64,000 nt of DNA, from assembly GCA_000438075.1 (NCBI GenBank), contig FR903546.1:17243-81242 (forward strand), given 5' to 3'. The position numbers and the translations under genes are program-made. The stretch is from Clostridium sp. CAG:609 (GTDB lineage: Bacteria; Bacillota_I; Bacilli_A; RF39; UBA660). Positions 1 to 8,999 of this stretch are shown piece by piece; within the stretch, counting starts at the first letter, position 1; every line of letters starts with the position of its first letter. The notes under the pieces were generated by a model that saw only the letters and a list, made by a program, of their open reading frames with translations, did not search any database and had not been told where the DNA came from.

Positions 1-143
1 TAAACTTAGATGATGCCATAAATAAATACACAGAAGCAATGAAACTAGCAAAATATTGTGGTGAAAAACTAAACGATGCCACAAAAAAGGTTAATAAAAT
101 ATTAACTGAAGACAATGAACTAAAAGAATTTAATGCAGAGTAG
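1..143 (+). CDS. 3' end of an upstream gene (hypothetical protein, C-terminal fragment ...NLDDAINKYTEAMKLAKYCGEKLNDATKKVNKILTEDNELKEFNAE*)
   Basis: Open frame from the window edge to TAG at 141-143; proS follows 8 bp later. Confidence 0.4.
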   Translation, partial: NLDDAINKYTEAMKLAKYCGEKLNDATKKVNKILTEDNELKEFNAE

Positions 144-151
144 GTGATTTT

Positions 152-1564
152 ATGGAAGTAAAAGATATAACAAATCGTGATGTGGACTTTGCAAAATGGT
201 ACACAGACGTATGCAAAAAAGCAGATTTAGTAGACTACACAAATGTAAAGGGAAGTATGATAATTAGACCACTAGGTTATGCAATCTGGGAAGAAATTCA
301 AAAAGTACTAGATAAAAAAATCAAAGAAACTGGACATGAAAACGTTCAAATGCCTATGTTTATCCCAGAATCTCTTTTAAATGTTGAAAAAGAACACGTT
401 AAAGGTTTCGCACCAGAAGTTGCTTGGGTTACTTATGGTGGCAGTGAAAAACTTGAAGAAAGAATGTGTGTAAGACCAACAAGTGAAGTATTATTCTGCG
501 AACACTACAAAAAAATAATCAATACATATCGTGACCTACCAATTCTATATAATCAATGGTGCACAATAGTAAGATGGGAAAAAACAACTAGACCATTTTT
601 AAGAAGCCGTGAAATTTTATGGCAAGAAGGTCACACAATGCACAGAACTGCCGAAGAAGCAAAAGAAGAAACTTTAAAAATGTTTGATGTCTACAAAGAC
701 TTACAAGTAAATTATTTAGCACTACCAGTAATCACTGGAAAGAAAACTGAAAAAGAAAAATTTGCTGGTGCTGAAGAAACATACACTCTTGAAGCAATGA
801 TGTATAATGGATATGCTCTTCAAAATGGAACAAGTCATTATTTCGGAAAACATTTTGCTGAAGCTTTTGGTATCAAATTTACTGATAAGGATAATACTTT
901 AAAAACTCCATACCAAACAAGCTGGGGTGTAACAACAAGAATGATCGGAGCAATAATTATGACTCACGGAGATGATCACGGATTAGTATTACCTCCAAGA
1001 ATTGCACCATTTAAAACAATAATTATCCCAATCGGGGATGTTTCAGAAAAACTTGAAGAATTAAAACAAAATTTAAAAGAAAATGAGATAACATTCAAAG
1101 TTGATGATCGTGATAAAACACCAGGATTTAGATTTGCAGACGCAGAAGTAAAAGGATACCCAATTAGAATTGAACTAGGTAAAAGAGATTTAGAAAACAA
1201 CATAGTAACCCTAGTAAGAAGGGATACTTTAGAAAAAATTCAAGTAACTTTCGAAAAAATCATTCCAAAAGTTAAAGAATTACTTGAAACGATTCAAAAA
1301 GATATGTTAAAAAGAGCAACAATTCGTCGTGATAGCATGATATACGAAGCAAATAATTACGATGAACTAAGAGAAATAGCAACAACAAAAGATGGTGGAT
1401 TTACAAAAATAAATTGGTGCGGAAACGTTGAATGTGAAAACAAAATTAAAGATGACTTTGGTATTAAATCAAGATGCTTAATTGAAAACGAAGAAGTAAC
1501 AGGTCCATGCACAGTATGTGGTAAAGAAGCAAAAACAAGATTATATATTGGAAGACAATATTAA
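152..1564 (+). CDS. proS: Prolyl-tRNA synthetase, archaeal/eukaryal-type class II
   Basis: 470 aa; class II aaRS motifs; C-terminal zinc-ribbon CTVCG and terminal ...GRQY, typical of archaeal-type ProRS found in Clostridia. Confidence 0.85.
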   Translation: MEVKDITNRDVDFAKWYTDVCKKADLVDYTNVKGSMIIRPLGYAIWEEIQKVLDKKIKETGHENVQMPMFIPESLLNVEKEHVKGFAPEVAWVTYGGSEKLEERMCVRPTSEVLFCEHYKKIINTYRDLPILYNQWCTIVRWEKTTRPFLRSREILWQEGHTMHRTAEEAKEETLKMFDVYKDLQVNYLALPVITGKKTEKEKFAGAEETYTLEAMMYNGYALQNGTSHYFGKHFAEAFGIKFTDKDNTLKTPYQTSWGVTTRMIGAIIMTHGDDHGLVLPPRIAPFKTIIIPIGDVSEKLEELKQNLKENEITFKVDDRDKTPGFRFADAEVKGYPIRIELGKRDLENNIVTLVRRDTLEKIQVTFEKIIPKVKELLETIQKDMLKRATIRRDSMIYEANNYDELREIATTKDGGFTKINWCGNVECENKIKDDFGIKSRCLIENEEVTGPCTVCGKEAKTRLYIGRQY

Positions 1565-1649
1565 ATATAATGATTAAGTCATATGCTAAACATATGGCTT
1601 TTTCTAATTATTAGTGTTATAATATGTTTATCAAAAAAGGAGAAGTATC

Positions 1650-2423
1650 ATGGAAAATAATGAAAAACAAAATAAAAATAAAAATTACATAATAATGTCT
1701 ATATGCATAGTTTTAGCTGTAGTATTCGGGGTATTACTTGGGTTAGTTTACTCAAACAGAGATGTAATATTTAAAAATAATAAAGAAACTGAAGTGCAAA
1801 ATAATAATAACAATAATAATATCAATAATGAATCAAATAATGGTTTTGAAAAGACAAAAGAAAATGAAAATGTAACAACTAAAGAAGAAACACCCCAAAA
1901 TAAAAATGTAACTTACAGTACCAAAGATAATCTAGTAATTGATGAATTAAACACCACAATCGATACGATAAATAAAGAAAAAAGAGAAACAAGTTTTACT
2001 GAAAGAGCCAAAAGTACATTTATAACTCTAGTTGATTTCATCTTTTATGATGGCACAATCAAGGGAGTAACATTCGATGAACTAACAGAATCAGGAAAGC
2101 AAAAAGTTTTAGAACTTGCTAGTAAAATTGATAATTCTCTCGAAGAAAAATCACCAGGTTACAAAGATAAAATCAGTGATACAGCAGGTAAAGTACTTAA
2201 CAAAGCCAGTGAAATAATCAAAGATAATGCAACTAACATGGATAATTTTGCAAGAGAAAGTCTTGGTGAAGAAAATTATCAAGCATTAATTGATGCATCT
2301 CAAAAATTTAAAGAAAAAAGCAAAGATGCTCTAAACTTTGTCCAAGACAGTGGAAGTAAAATACTAAATAGTACCAAAGACAAACTAGATAAATGGTATA
2401 AAAATTTTAAGAACAATAACTAA
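1650..2423 (+). CDS. Hypothetical membrane-anchored protein with an Asn-rich low-complexity linker
   Basis: N-terminal TM helix (IIMSICIVLAVVFGVLLGLVY), poly-N tract, no recognisable catalytic motif. Confidence 0.5.
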   Translation: MENNEKQNKNKNYIIMSICIVLAVVFGVLLGLVYSNRDVIFKNNKETEVQNNNNNNNINNESNNGFEKTKENENVTTKEETPQNKNVTYSTKDNLVIDELNTTIDTINKEKRETSFTERAKSTFITLVDFIFYDGTIKGVTFDELTESGKQKVLELASKIDNSLEEKSPGYKDKISDTAGKVLNKASEIIKDNATNMDNFARESLGEENYQALIDASQKFKEKSKDALNFVQDSGSKILNSTKDKLDKWYKNFKNNN

Positions 2424-2495
2424 TACAGCTTATTGTTTTTCTTTTGCTATGATGTTATAATTAATTTGTAATATATAAGGAGATAAGGAGAAAAA

Positions 2496-2759
2496 ATGAA
2501 AAATATTCTAAAAACAATAATTATAGTTGTATTAATCTACACAACATTCATTCTAATTGAATCAATGCGACTTGAAAATAATCACACCAAAGAACCACTA
2601 ATCACCTTAAAAAAGGAAGAAATAAAGCAAGATGCAGAACTTGAAACAGATTACATAAGCCTAGGTTTTACCTTAAAAAAGTATACATATAATGATATTC
2701 CAATGCGTGGTTCATTTGTATTATTTGATACATTTACAATTTGGGAGTGGGTACAATGA
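2496..2759 (+). CDS. Small membrane protein (87 aa), unknown function
   Basis: RBS AAGGAGATAAGGAG upstream; single N-terminal TM; stop overlaps the next gene start (ATGA). Confidence 0.45.
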   Translation: MKNILKTIIIVVLIYTTFILIESMRLENNHTKEPLITLKKEEIKQDAELETDYISLGFTLKKYTYNDIPMRGSFVLFDTFTIWEWVQ

Positions 2760-3697
2760 TAAAAAATGTAACAATAATAGGTGGGGGAGTTCTTGGAAGT
2801 CAAATTGCATTTCAAACAGCCTTCACGGGACATAGCACCACAATCTATTTAAGAACAAAAGAAAGCATCAAAAGAACAGAAATAAAACTTGAAAATATTA
2901 AAAATTCATATATCGACGCAATAAAAACAATGAAGAATGAAGTAAATATAAATACTTGGTCTCTAGGTATTGCTGATTTTGATAATTTTAATTATAAGAA
3001 AACATTAAAAAAAATCAATGAAACAATAGATAACATAAAGTTAGAAATGGATTTAAACAAATCTCTAAAAGATGCAGATCTAGTAATTGAATCCATGACC
3101 GAAGACTTTAATGCTAAAAAAGAAATCTATCAAAAAATTGCAGATATTATGGATGAAAAAACAATTCTTGTAACGAATTCATCAACATTCTTACCAAGTA
3201 AATTTGCAAAATACACAAAAAGAAGTGATAAGTATTTAGCGCTTCACTTTGCCAATTCAATCTGGAAAAATAACACCGCAGAAGTCATGAAAATATCAAA
3301 AACAAGTGATGAATCGTTTAATGAAGTAATAAACTTTGCTAAAGACATCAGAATGATACCATTACCATTAAAAAAAGAAAAATCAGGTTACTTACTAAAT
3401 TCAATGTTAATCCCATTATTATTTTCAGCTCTAGATTTATTAGTAAATGATATCAGTGATGTAAAAAGTATCGATACTGCATGGAAAAAGGGAACGGGTT
3501 CCCCAAAAGGACCATTCGAAATAATAGACACTGTAGGATTAAAAACAGCATATGATATAGTTTCAATTTATGCAAAAATTCCAAGTTTCCTTGCTCCATA
3601 TAATTTTAAAAAAATAAAAAAACTTTTAAAAGAATACCTAGATGAAGGCAAAATAGGAAAAATAGGTAAAGAAGGATTCTATAAATATGACATATAG
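2756..3697 (+). CDS. 3-hydroxyacyl-CoA dehydrogenase family protein (NAD-binding)
   Basis: N-terminal Rossmann motif IIGGGVLGSQIA. The ATG at 2756 is preferred over the track TTG at 2741; GGGAGTGGG RBS. Confidence 0.7.
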   Translation: MIKNVTIIGGGVLGSQIAFQTAFTGHSTTIYLRTKESIKRTEIKLENIKNSYIDAIKTMKNEVNINTWSLGIADFDNFNYKKTLKKINETIDNIKLEMDLNKSLKDADLVIESMTEDFNAKKEIYQKIADIMDEKTILVTNSSTFLPSKFAKYTKRSDKYLALHFANSIWKNNTAEVMKISKTSDESFNEVINFAKDIRMIPLPLKKEKSGYLLNSMLIPLLFSALDLLVNDISDVKSIDTAWKKGTGSPKGPFEIIDTVGLKTAYDIVSIYAKIPSFLAPYNFKKIKKLLKEYLDEGKIGKIGKEGFYKYDI

Positions 3698-4190
3698 ATG
3701 GATTTATATATCCCCTAAAGAATTTTCTAAAATAATATTAGAAAGTGATGGAGAATATTTAACTAAATTAGTATTTGATAACAGTAAAGATATAAATAAA
3801 TTATCAAAAGATGCAAAAAAAGAATATATCAAAGTTTTTATTGATACTTGCAAATGGTTAGACGAGTATTTCAAAGGAAATAACCCACCAATCACAATTA
3901 AATATAAAATAGAAAATGTTACTGAATTTACTAAAAAAGTAATAGATTGCATCAAAGAAATACCTTATGGAAAAACGATAACATACAAGGATATTGCAAC
4001 TAAACTAAACTGCAAGTCGTATCAAGCAATTGGTTCTGCCGTAGGTAAAAATCCAATTTGTATCATAATTCCATGTCACCGTGTACTTGGCAAAAATAAT
4101 ATCGGTGGATTCAGTGGAGGTATAAATAACAAGATAAATTTATTAAAAAAAGAAAAAATTAAAATAGATTTTAAAACTAAAAATATTTAA
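3687..4190 (+). CDS. ogt: Methylated-DNA--protein-cysteine methyltransferase
   Basis: Active-site PCHRV motif (IIPCHRVLG); 167 aa. Confidence 0.8.
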   Translation: MTYRWIYISPKEFSKIILESDGEYLTKLVFDNSKDINKLSKDAKKEYIKVFIDTCKWLDEYFKGNNPPITIKYKIENVTEFTKKVIDCIKEIPYGKTITYKDIATKLNCKSYQAIGSAVGKNPICIIIPCHRVLGKNNIGGFSGGINNKINLLKKEKIKIDFKTKNI

Positions 4191-4202
4191 CAAATACAAA
4201 AA

Positions 4203-4221
4203 TTTACGTATAAAACGTAAA
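4203..4221. promoter_or_regulatory. Perfect palindrome TTTACGT-ATAAA-ACGTAAA upstream of the ABC exporter gene; candidate operator
   Basis: Inverted repeat read directly; ACGT-containing half-sites resemble the operator repeats at 24831-24899. Confidence 0.3.
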
Positions 4222-4244
4222 ATAATGAAAGTAAAACAATGTAA

Positions 4245-4283
4245 AATATACACAATTTTACATTGTTTTTTAAATGCTCTAAA
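4245..4283 (+). terminator. Rho-independent terminator after ogt (13 bp stem AACAATGTAAAAT / ATTTTACATTGTT, 7 nt loop, T-run)
   Basis: Perfect 13 bp inverted repeat followed by TTTTT. Confidence 0.7.
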
Positions 4284-4298
4284 AAAAATTTTTTCCCA

Positions 4299-4324
4299 TA
4301 CTTCTGGGAAAAAACACAAATTTT
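4299..4324. promoter_or_regulatory. Palindrome TTTTTTCCCA-TACTTC-TGGGAAAAAA in the exporter upstream region; candidate regulator site
   Basis: 10 bp inverted repeat with a 6 bp spacer, read directly. Confidence 0.25.
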
Positions 4325-4388
4325 GTGAAAAAATTTTCAAAATTTATCAAAAAAAAGGAAATATATATAGTGAAGGGAGAAAAAATAA

Positions 4389-6428
4389 ATGAAAATAATT
4401 AGACAAAGAGATGAAGCAGATTGCGGAGTATGTGCTCTTGCATCAATTATTGAACATTACAACGGTTATGTTCCATTAGAAAAAATTCGTCTGGATGCCA
4501 AAACAGATAGCAAAGGAACAAGTGCCTTAAATCTAGTATTAGCATCTCAAAAATACGGATTTGAATCAGTCGGAGTAAAATTAAAAAATATCTATGACAT
4601 AACCAAACTACCAGCCATTGCTCACTTAAGTTTCAAAAATGGATTAGAACATTATGTAGTAATTGAAAAAATAGCTAAAGACAAAATTACATTAATGGAT
4701 CCAGCGAAAGGAAAGGTGATTGAAAGTCTTGCAAAATTTAATGAAGCATGGTCAAAAGTAGTGCTATTATTTTATCCGAAAACAAATATCACTGTTTTAA
4801 AAGAAAATGTGACAATATTTAAAATATATCAAACTATACTAACTAAGGAAAAAACTATTATAAAAACAATACTTATGACAAGTTTTCTTCTTAGTATATT
4901 TACTTTACTTCTTTCATATTACAACAAAATATTGTCATCATTCGTAAATAGTGGGTACACCAAAGATTACATTAAAGTAATAGTTATAATATTTGCAAGT
5001 ATTACACTTCTAAAAATCTCTCTATCATATTTTAGAAAATATTTAGAAAATCATCTAAATAAAAATATTGATTGTTATATCATTTCCGACTTTATTAATC
5101 ATTTATATCATCTCCCTTTAAATGTTATATCTTCAAGAAAACCGGGTGAAATAGTTTCCAGAATTAATGAATTATCAACTATCAAAGAGTTTATTATTGA
5201 TCTATTTTTACTATTTACGCTAGACATATTAGTTGCTATTTTAATAACCCCATTATTATTTAAAATAAATAAAACTCTCTTCATAATATTACTTATTGAA
5301 TTAATACTATATCTTATAACCAATTTAATAACCACAAAAGTTATCTACAAAAAAGTTTACCAAAATATAACCTATAATTCAGAATTCTCTAGCATTTTGC
5401 TAGATGACATATCAACATTCAATAGTATCAAAAACCTCTCCCTTGTAAATAACCATCTAAAGGTGGTGGAAAAATCTCTAACAAATTATTTATATGATAC
5501 ATTCAAACTAAATAATTTTCTAAACAAGGACTATATCATAAAATATACTATCGATGAGGTAAGCTTGTTTCTAATAATCACGCTGGGTTTTTATTATCTA
5601 GCCAAAGGTTCCATAGATTTAATAGACATGGTTACTTTTACAAATATAATGTATCTATTTATAACCCCTTTCAAAAACATAGTTAATATTTTAATAAAAT
5701 ATAACTATATCAAGGCAACTATTTCTAAAATCAATGACTTTTTAAGCCTAGAAAAAGAACCAACCGGTGTATTACAAGAAATATATGGTTATGAAATAGT
5801 AATAAAAAATTTATCATATTCTTACAACAAATATCAAAAAATATTTAAATCCATTTCATTCAAGATAAAAGAGGGCTCATTTGTTTTACTAAAAGGACCA
5901 AGTGGATGTGGTAAATCAACAATATGTAATATCTTAACAAAAAATCTCACAGATTACGAAGGCTCCATCTCAATTGGAACAATTAACATCAAAGATTTAA
6001 GTATAAAAACAATAAATAGTAACATAACATATGTAAACCAGCATGAAAAATTATTCAAAGGCACAATCAAAGAAAACATTGTTTTAGATAACGATATATC
6101 AGAAGTTGAATTTGAATATTTATGCTACTTATGTAAATTAGATAAAATAATCATTAATAAACCTTTAAGGTATAACACATTCATTAGTGATGATGAAAAA
6201 AATATCTCCGGCGGTGAAAAGCAACGAATCATCTTAGCCAGAGCACTTTTAAAAGAAACAAATATCTTAATACTTGATGAAGCCCTAAGTGAAATAGATT
6301 TAAAAACTGAAATTTCTATTTTGAAAAACATTAGAAAAGTCTACCCAGAAAAAACAATAATTTATGTATCTCACAAGAAATACCCTAAAATATTTTCAGA
6401 TACGATAGACCTAAAGGAAGTATTATGA
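4389..6428 (+). CDS. Bacteriocin ABC exporter with N-terminal C39 peptidase domain (double-glycine-leader processing/export; ComA/LagD/LcnC type)
   Basis: N-terminal QRDEADCGVCALASI (catalytic Cys) and HYVVIEKI (His); 6-TM permease; Walker A GPSGCGKST; ABC signature ISGGEKQR; Walker B ILILDEALS. Confidence 0.85.
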   Translation: MKIIRQRDEADCGVCALASIIEHYNGYVPLEKIRLDAKTDSKGTSALNLVLASQKYGFESVGVKLKNIYDITKLPAIAHLSFKNGLEHYVVIEKIAKDKITLMDPAKGKVIESLAKFNEAWSKVVLLFYPKTNITVLKENVTIFKIYQTILTKEKTIIKTILMTSFLLSIFTLLLSYYNKILSSFVNSGYTKDYIKVIVIIFASITLLKISLSYFRKYLENHLNKNIDCYIISDFINHLYHLPLNVISSRKPGEIVSRINELSTIKEFIIDLFLLFTLDILVAILITPLLFKINKTLFIILLIELILYLITNLITTKVIYKKVYQNITYNSEFSSILLDDISTFNSIKNLSLVNNHLKVVEKSLTNYLYDTFKLNNFLNKDYIIKYTIDEVSLFLIITLGFYYLAKGSIDLIDMVTFTNIMYLFITPFKNIVNILIKYNYIKATISKINDFLSLEKEPTGVLQEIYGYEIVIKNLSYSYNKYQKIFKSISFKIKEGSFVLLKGPSGCGKSTICNILTKNLTDYEGSISIGTINIKDLSIKTINSNITYVNQHEKLFKGTIKENIVLDNDISEVEFEYLCYLCKLDKIIINKPLRYNTFISDDEKNISGGEKQRIILARALLKETNILILDEALSEIDLKTEISILKNIRKVYPEKTIIYVSHKKYPKIFSDTIDLKEVL

Positions 6429-6829
6429 CATACCTAGATTTAATAAATATCAAATATCATAAAAACAAATTCTTAATTTTGGTATCACTTATAATTTTAT
6501 CATTAATAATCTACACCTTGAATCTCTCTATGTTCGATACATATGAAACATTCGCATATTATTCGAAAAATTCGTTGGTGGTAAAAATAAATATAGAGAT
6601 TCCTGATACAATAAACACTCTCGAATATATCAAAATAGGCAAGAAGTTACATAAAGCAACAATGACAGATGCCTTGGATGTAGAATTTGATCAAGTAAAT
6701 TTAATAAGTTATCAAACAACATATTTCAAAATAGATGGAGTATACAAAGAAAATCAAGTATTCAAAATCAAAATATTATATAACAAAGAAAAAATTTATA
6801 AAAAACTAAAGAAATTATTATTATCATAA
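6425..6829 (+). CDS. Small membrane-anchored protein (134 aa) between the exporter and the bacteriocin genes; candidate short accessory or immunity protein
   Basis: Start overlaps the exporter stop (ATGA); N-terminal TM helix; call rests on position only. Confidence 0.4.
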   Translation: MTYLDLINIKYHKNKFLILVSLIILSLIIYTLNLSMFDTYETFAYYSKNSLVVKINIEIPDTINTLEYIKIGKKLHKATMTDALDVEFDQVNLISYQTTYFKIDGVYKENQVFKIKILYNKEKIYKKLKKLLLS

Positions 6830-6842
6830 GAAGGAGGTATAT

Positions 6843-6989
6843 ATGGAAATATTAAATAATGAAAAACTATCAAAAATAAACGGAGGAAGCACAATGATCT
6901 GGTTTGCAATCGGGACACTAGCAACATTTATAATCGGAGCAATATCTGGTTACATAAATCCAGTGAAGTGTAATGGAAGTTCAAAATGA
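6843..6989 (+). CDS. Bacteriocin prepeptide A with double-glycine leader (MEILNNEKLSKINGG | STMIWFAIGTLATFIIGAISGYINPVKCNGSSK)
   Basis: Not in the ORF track. RBS GAAGGAGGT 7 nt upstream; leader ends in GG; hydrophobic Gly-rich ~33 aa mature peptide. Confidence 0.75.
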   Translation: MEILNNEKLSKINGGSTMIWFAIGTLATFIIGAISGYINPVKCNGSSK

Positions 6990-7150
6990 TTATAGAGTAT
7001 CAAGAATTATCAAAAATATGTGGAGGAGCAAGCATCACTGCAACATTTTTAAGTTCGTTCGCAAGAATGATAAGCAGTATTTATGATGTTGGTAACAATT
7101 TAGGTTCTTCAATAAGAAGAATTGTAGAAAAAAGAATGTGTAGTTATTAA
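6986..7150 (+). CDS. Bacteriocin prepeptide B with double-glycine-type leader (MIIEYQELSKICGG | ASITATFLSSFARMISSIYDVGNNLGSSIRRIVEKRMCSY)
   Basis: Not in the ORF track. ATG overlaps the peptide A stop (ATGA); leader ELSKIxGG; amphipathic ~40 aa mature peptide; likely two-peptide (class IIb-like) partner. Confidence 0.65.
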   Translation: MIIEYQELSKICGGASITATFLSSFARMISSIYDVGNNLGSSIRRIVEKRMCSY

Positions 7151-7276
7151 AAATTAAGTAGGGTTGGCCTAATCCGAAACTGGTCTGTGGAGGGGCAAAG
7201 TACCCGTTGAAACAGAAAAATTTCTTGTTTTATCGAAAAAATATGATAAAAATCGCTAAATAAACGCAAAAAAATG

Positions 7277-7305
7277 TTGCAACCGCCAAAAGTAGATGTT
7301 ATAAT
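7277..7305 (+). promoter_or_regulatory. Sigma-A-type promoter for rpsU (TTGCAA - 17 bp - TATAAT)
   Basis: Hexamers and spacing read directly. The predicted TSS lands at about 7312, which argues against the track ATG at 7311. Confidence 0.6.
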
Positions 7306-7337
7306 AGTTAATGAAATCAAGAAGGGAGGGAATGAAA

Positions 7338-7523
7338 TTGACAAAAGTGGTTGTACAAAATGGTAATGTTGATTTAGCCTTAAAGAAATTCAAGGCTAAG
7401 GTTGCACGAAGTGGTGTCCCTTCTGAACTAAAAAAAAGAAAACACTATGAAAAACCTGGTGTAAGAAGAAGAAATGAAATCAAAGAAGGAATTAAGAACT
7501 CACATAAAAGAAATAGAGGATAA
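7338..7523 (+). CDS. rpsU: 30S ribosomal protein S21
   Basis: (L)TKVVVQNGNVDLALKKFK... matches S21. TTG start at 7338 preferred: GGGAGGG RBS 7 nt upstream. Alternatives are the ATG at 7332 or the track ATG at 7311. Confidence 0.8.
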   Translation: MTKVVVQNGNVDLALKKFKAKVARSGVPSELKKRKHYEKPGVRRRNEIKEGIKNSHKRNRG

Positions 7524-7525
7524 TT

Positions 7526-7972
7526 ATGTACGAAAAGATTAACGAAGATTTAAAAGTTGCCATGAAGGAAAAAGATACCTTTAAACTTTCTGTATTAAGA
7601 ATGCTAAAGAGTGCTTTACAACTAGAACAAATTTCTAAAAAACATGAGCTTGATGATAATGAAGTCTCAACTGTTTTAAAAAAACAAGTCAAAATAAGAA
7701 AGGATTCTCTAGCAGAATACGAAAAGTATGGCAAAACTGATTCAGTTAAACAACTTGAAGATGAAATTGAAATTTTATCTAATTACTTACCAGAAGAACT
7801 AGATGCAAAATCTGTAGAAGCTTTAGTTGATGAAGCAATCAATGAAGTAAATCCAACAAGCATGAAAGAAATGGGGCTAGTAATGAAAAAAATAAATGAA
7901 TTACTAGTAGGTAAAAATGCAGACATGAGTTTGGTAAGTAAACTAGTTAAAGAAAAAATAATGCAAAAATAG
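7526..7972 (+). CDS. GatB/YqeY-domain protein
   Basis: 148 aa; typical rpsU-yqeY arrangement of Firmicutes; YqeY-like sequence. Confidence 0.7.
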   Translation: MYEKINEDLKVAMKEKDTFKLSVLRMLKSALQLEQISKKHELDDNEVSTVLKKQVKIRKDSLAEYEKYGKTDSVKQLEDEIEILSNYLPEELDAKSVEALVDEAINEVNPTSMKEMGLVMKKINELLVGKNADMSLVSKLVKEKIMQK

Positions 7973-7976
7973 CACA

Positions 7977-8999
7977 TCAATTTGTGCTATTTTTTATATA
8001 AAAAATTTTAAGTATTCCAATCACTACGATTAATATAACAACAAATCCCACCAACACCCATGGATAATAATTATAAAGAATCATCATATTATAATAATTA
8101 TTAGCAAAAATTTTATATACCCCAAATAACACTAAAAAACTAATTCCAAAAGTAATAAAATTATTTTTACTTTTTAACCCACTTTTCAATTTATTAATAA
8201 ATATTGATAAAGCAATAAATAAATCAAAAAACCAATTAATACATATAAAATTTTCAATATTTTCAATAAACCTAAAAAATCTAATTCTTCTTAATATTGT
8301 ATATTCTGGATAACTATAAACATTAACCATATCTCCCAAAATCAAGGTAATAGTTATAATTATAATCATATTAGTAATATTTCCAATTAAATAATATTTA
8401 AAACTTTCTTTAAAACTTATATCTTCATCAATTAAAACAAAACAAGGTGAAATTGATAAAACTGCATAAAGTAAACTTCCTTTAAAAATATTCATCTTAT
8501 CTGTATCTAAAATGGGTAGGATATTCCTAATATCGAATTCATTTGCGAGCAACAAAGTTTTAATAAAAATAATAACTAAACTGACAATAAAAAGCACAAA
8601 CGCTACATGATAAATTTCTTTCATATTTTTGCTTCCTAAATACCAAGCCAAAAGCAAAAAAGGAAAACACGCTATAATCGCCGGAGTATATGGTAAAAAA
8701 TATGAAAATAAAAAAGAAGAAAGAAAAACAAATAAAATCATAATATTAAATAAAATAAAAGTTACATATAAAAATCTAAAAAGTATATTAATTACCTTAT
8801 TCTTTTTTAAAATATCATTTAAATTTTTATTAAATTTTAACTTGCATAAAATATAAAGAATTCCACTTCCAAGCAAAAATCCTAAAATTGCTGCTATAAA
8901 CATATCAGTTTTACAAAAATCAGCAATTCTTGCAAAACCAGCCCCCAAGAAAAGAAAATGACACATAAAATAAATAAATAAATTACTATTACTTTTCAT
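7977..8999 (-). CDS. Spore germination protein, GerAB/GerKB-type (amino-acid-permease-like integral membrane subunit)
   Basis: 340 aa polytopic membrane protein; last gene of an A-C-B germinant receptor operon. Confidence 0.7.
   Translation of the reverse strand: MKSNSNLFIYFMCHFLFLGAGFARIADFCKTDMFIAAILGFLLGSGILYILCKLKFNKNLNDILKKNKVINILFRFLYVTFILFNIMILFVFLSSFLFSYFLPYTPAIIACFPFLLLAWYLGSKNMKEIYHVAFVLFIVSLVIIFIKTLLLANEFDIRNILPILDTDKMNIFKGSLLYAVLSISPCFVLIDEDISFKESFKYYLIGNITNMIIIITITLILGDMVNVYSYPEYTILRRIRFFRFIENIENFICINWFFDLFIALSIFINKLKSGLKSKNNFITFGISFLVLFGVYKIFANNYYNMMILYNYYPWVLVGFVVILIVVIGILKIFYIKNSTN

Noticed and set aside
976-1203. Short antisense ORFs listed in the six-frame track (e.g. 976-1203 -, 5108-5335 -, 6125-6331 -, 12316-12561 -, 18116-18328 -, 29006-29350 -, 35036-35524 -, 40414-40803 -, 42267-42803 +, 54488-54808 -, 55736-55987 -)
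   Set aside because: Each lies entirely within a longer, well-supported CDS on the opposite strand, and all have low-complexity AT-codon composition with no RBS. These are typical spurious ORFs in AT-rich DNA.
7151-7276. GC-richer segment gtagggttggcctaatccgaaactggtctgtggaggggcaaagtaccc between the bacteriocin genes and rpsU, considered as a riboswitch/sRNA
   Set aside because: I could not fold it into a convincing conserved structure or match a known leader, and there is no terminator/antiterminator pair. Left unassigned.
7311-7337. Track ATG at 7311 as the rpsU start
   Set aside because: It lies at or upstream of the predicted transcription start of the TTGCAA/TATAAT promoter and has no RBS. 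The TTG at 7338 (or ATG at 7332) behind the GGGAGGG RBS fits S21 N-termini.
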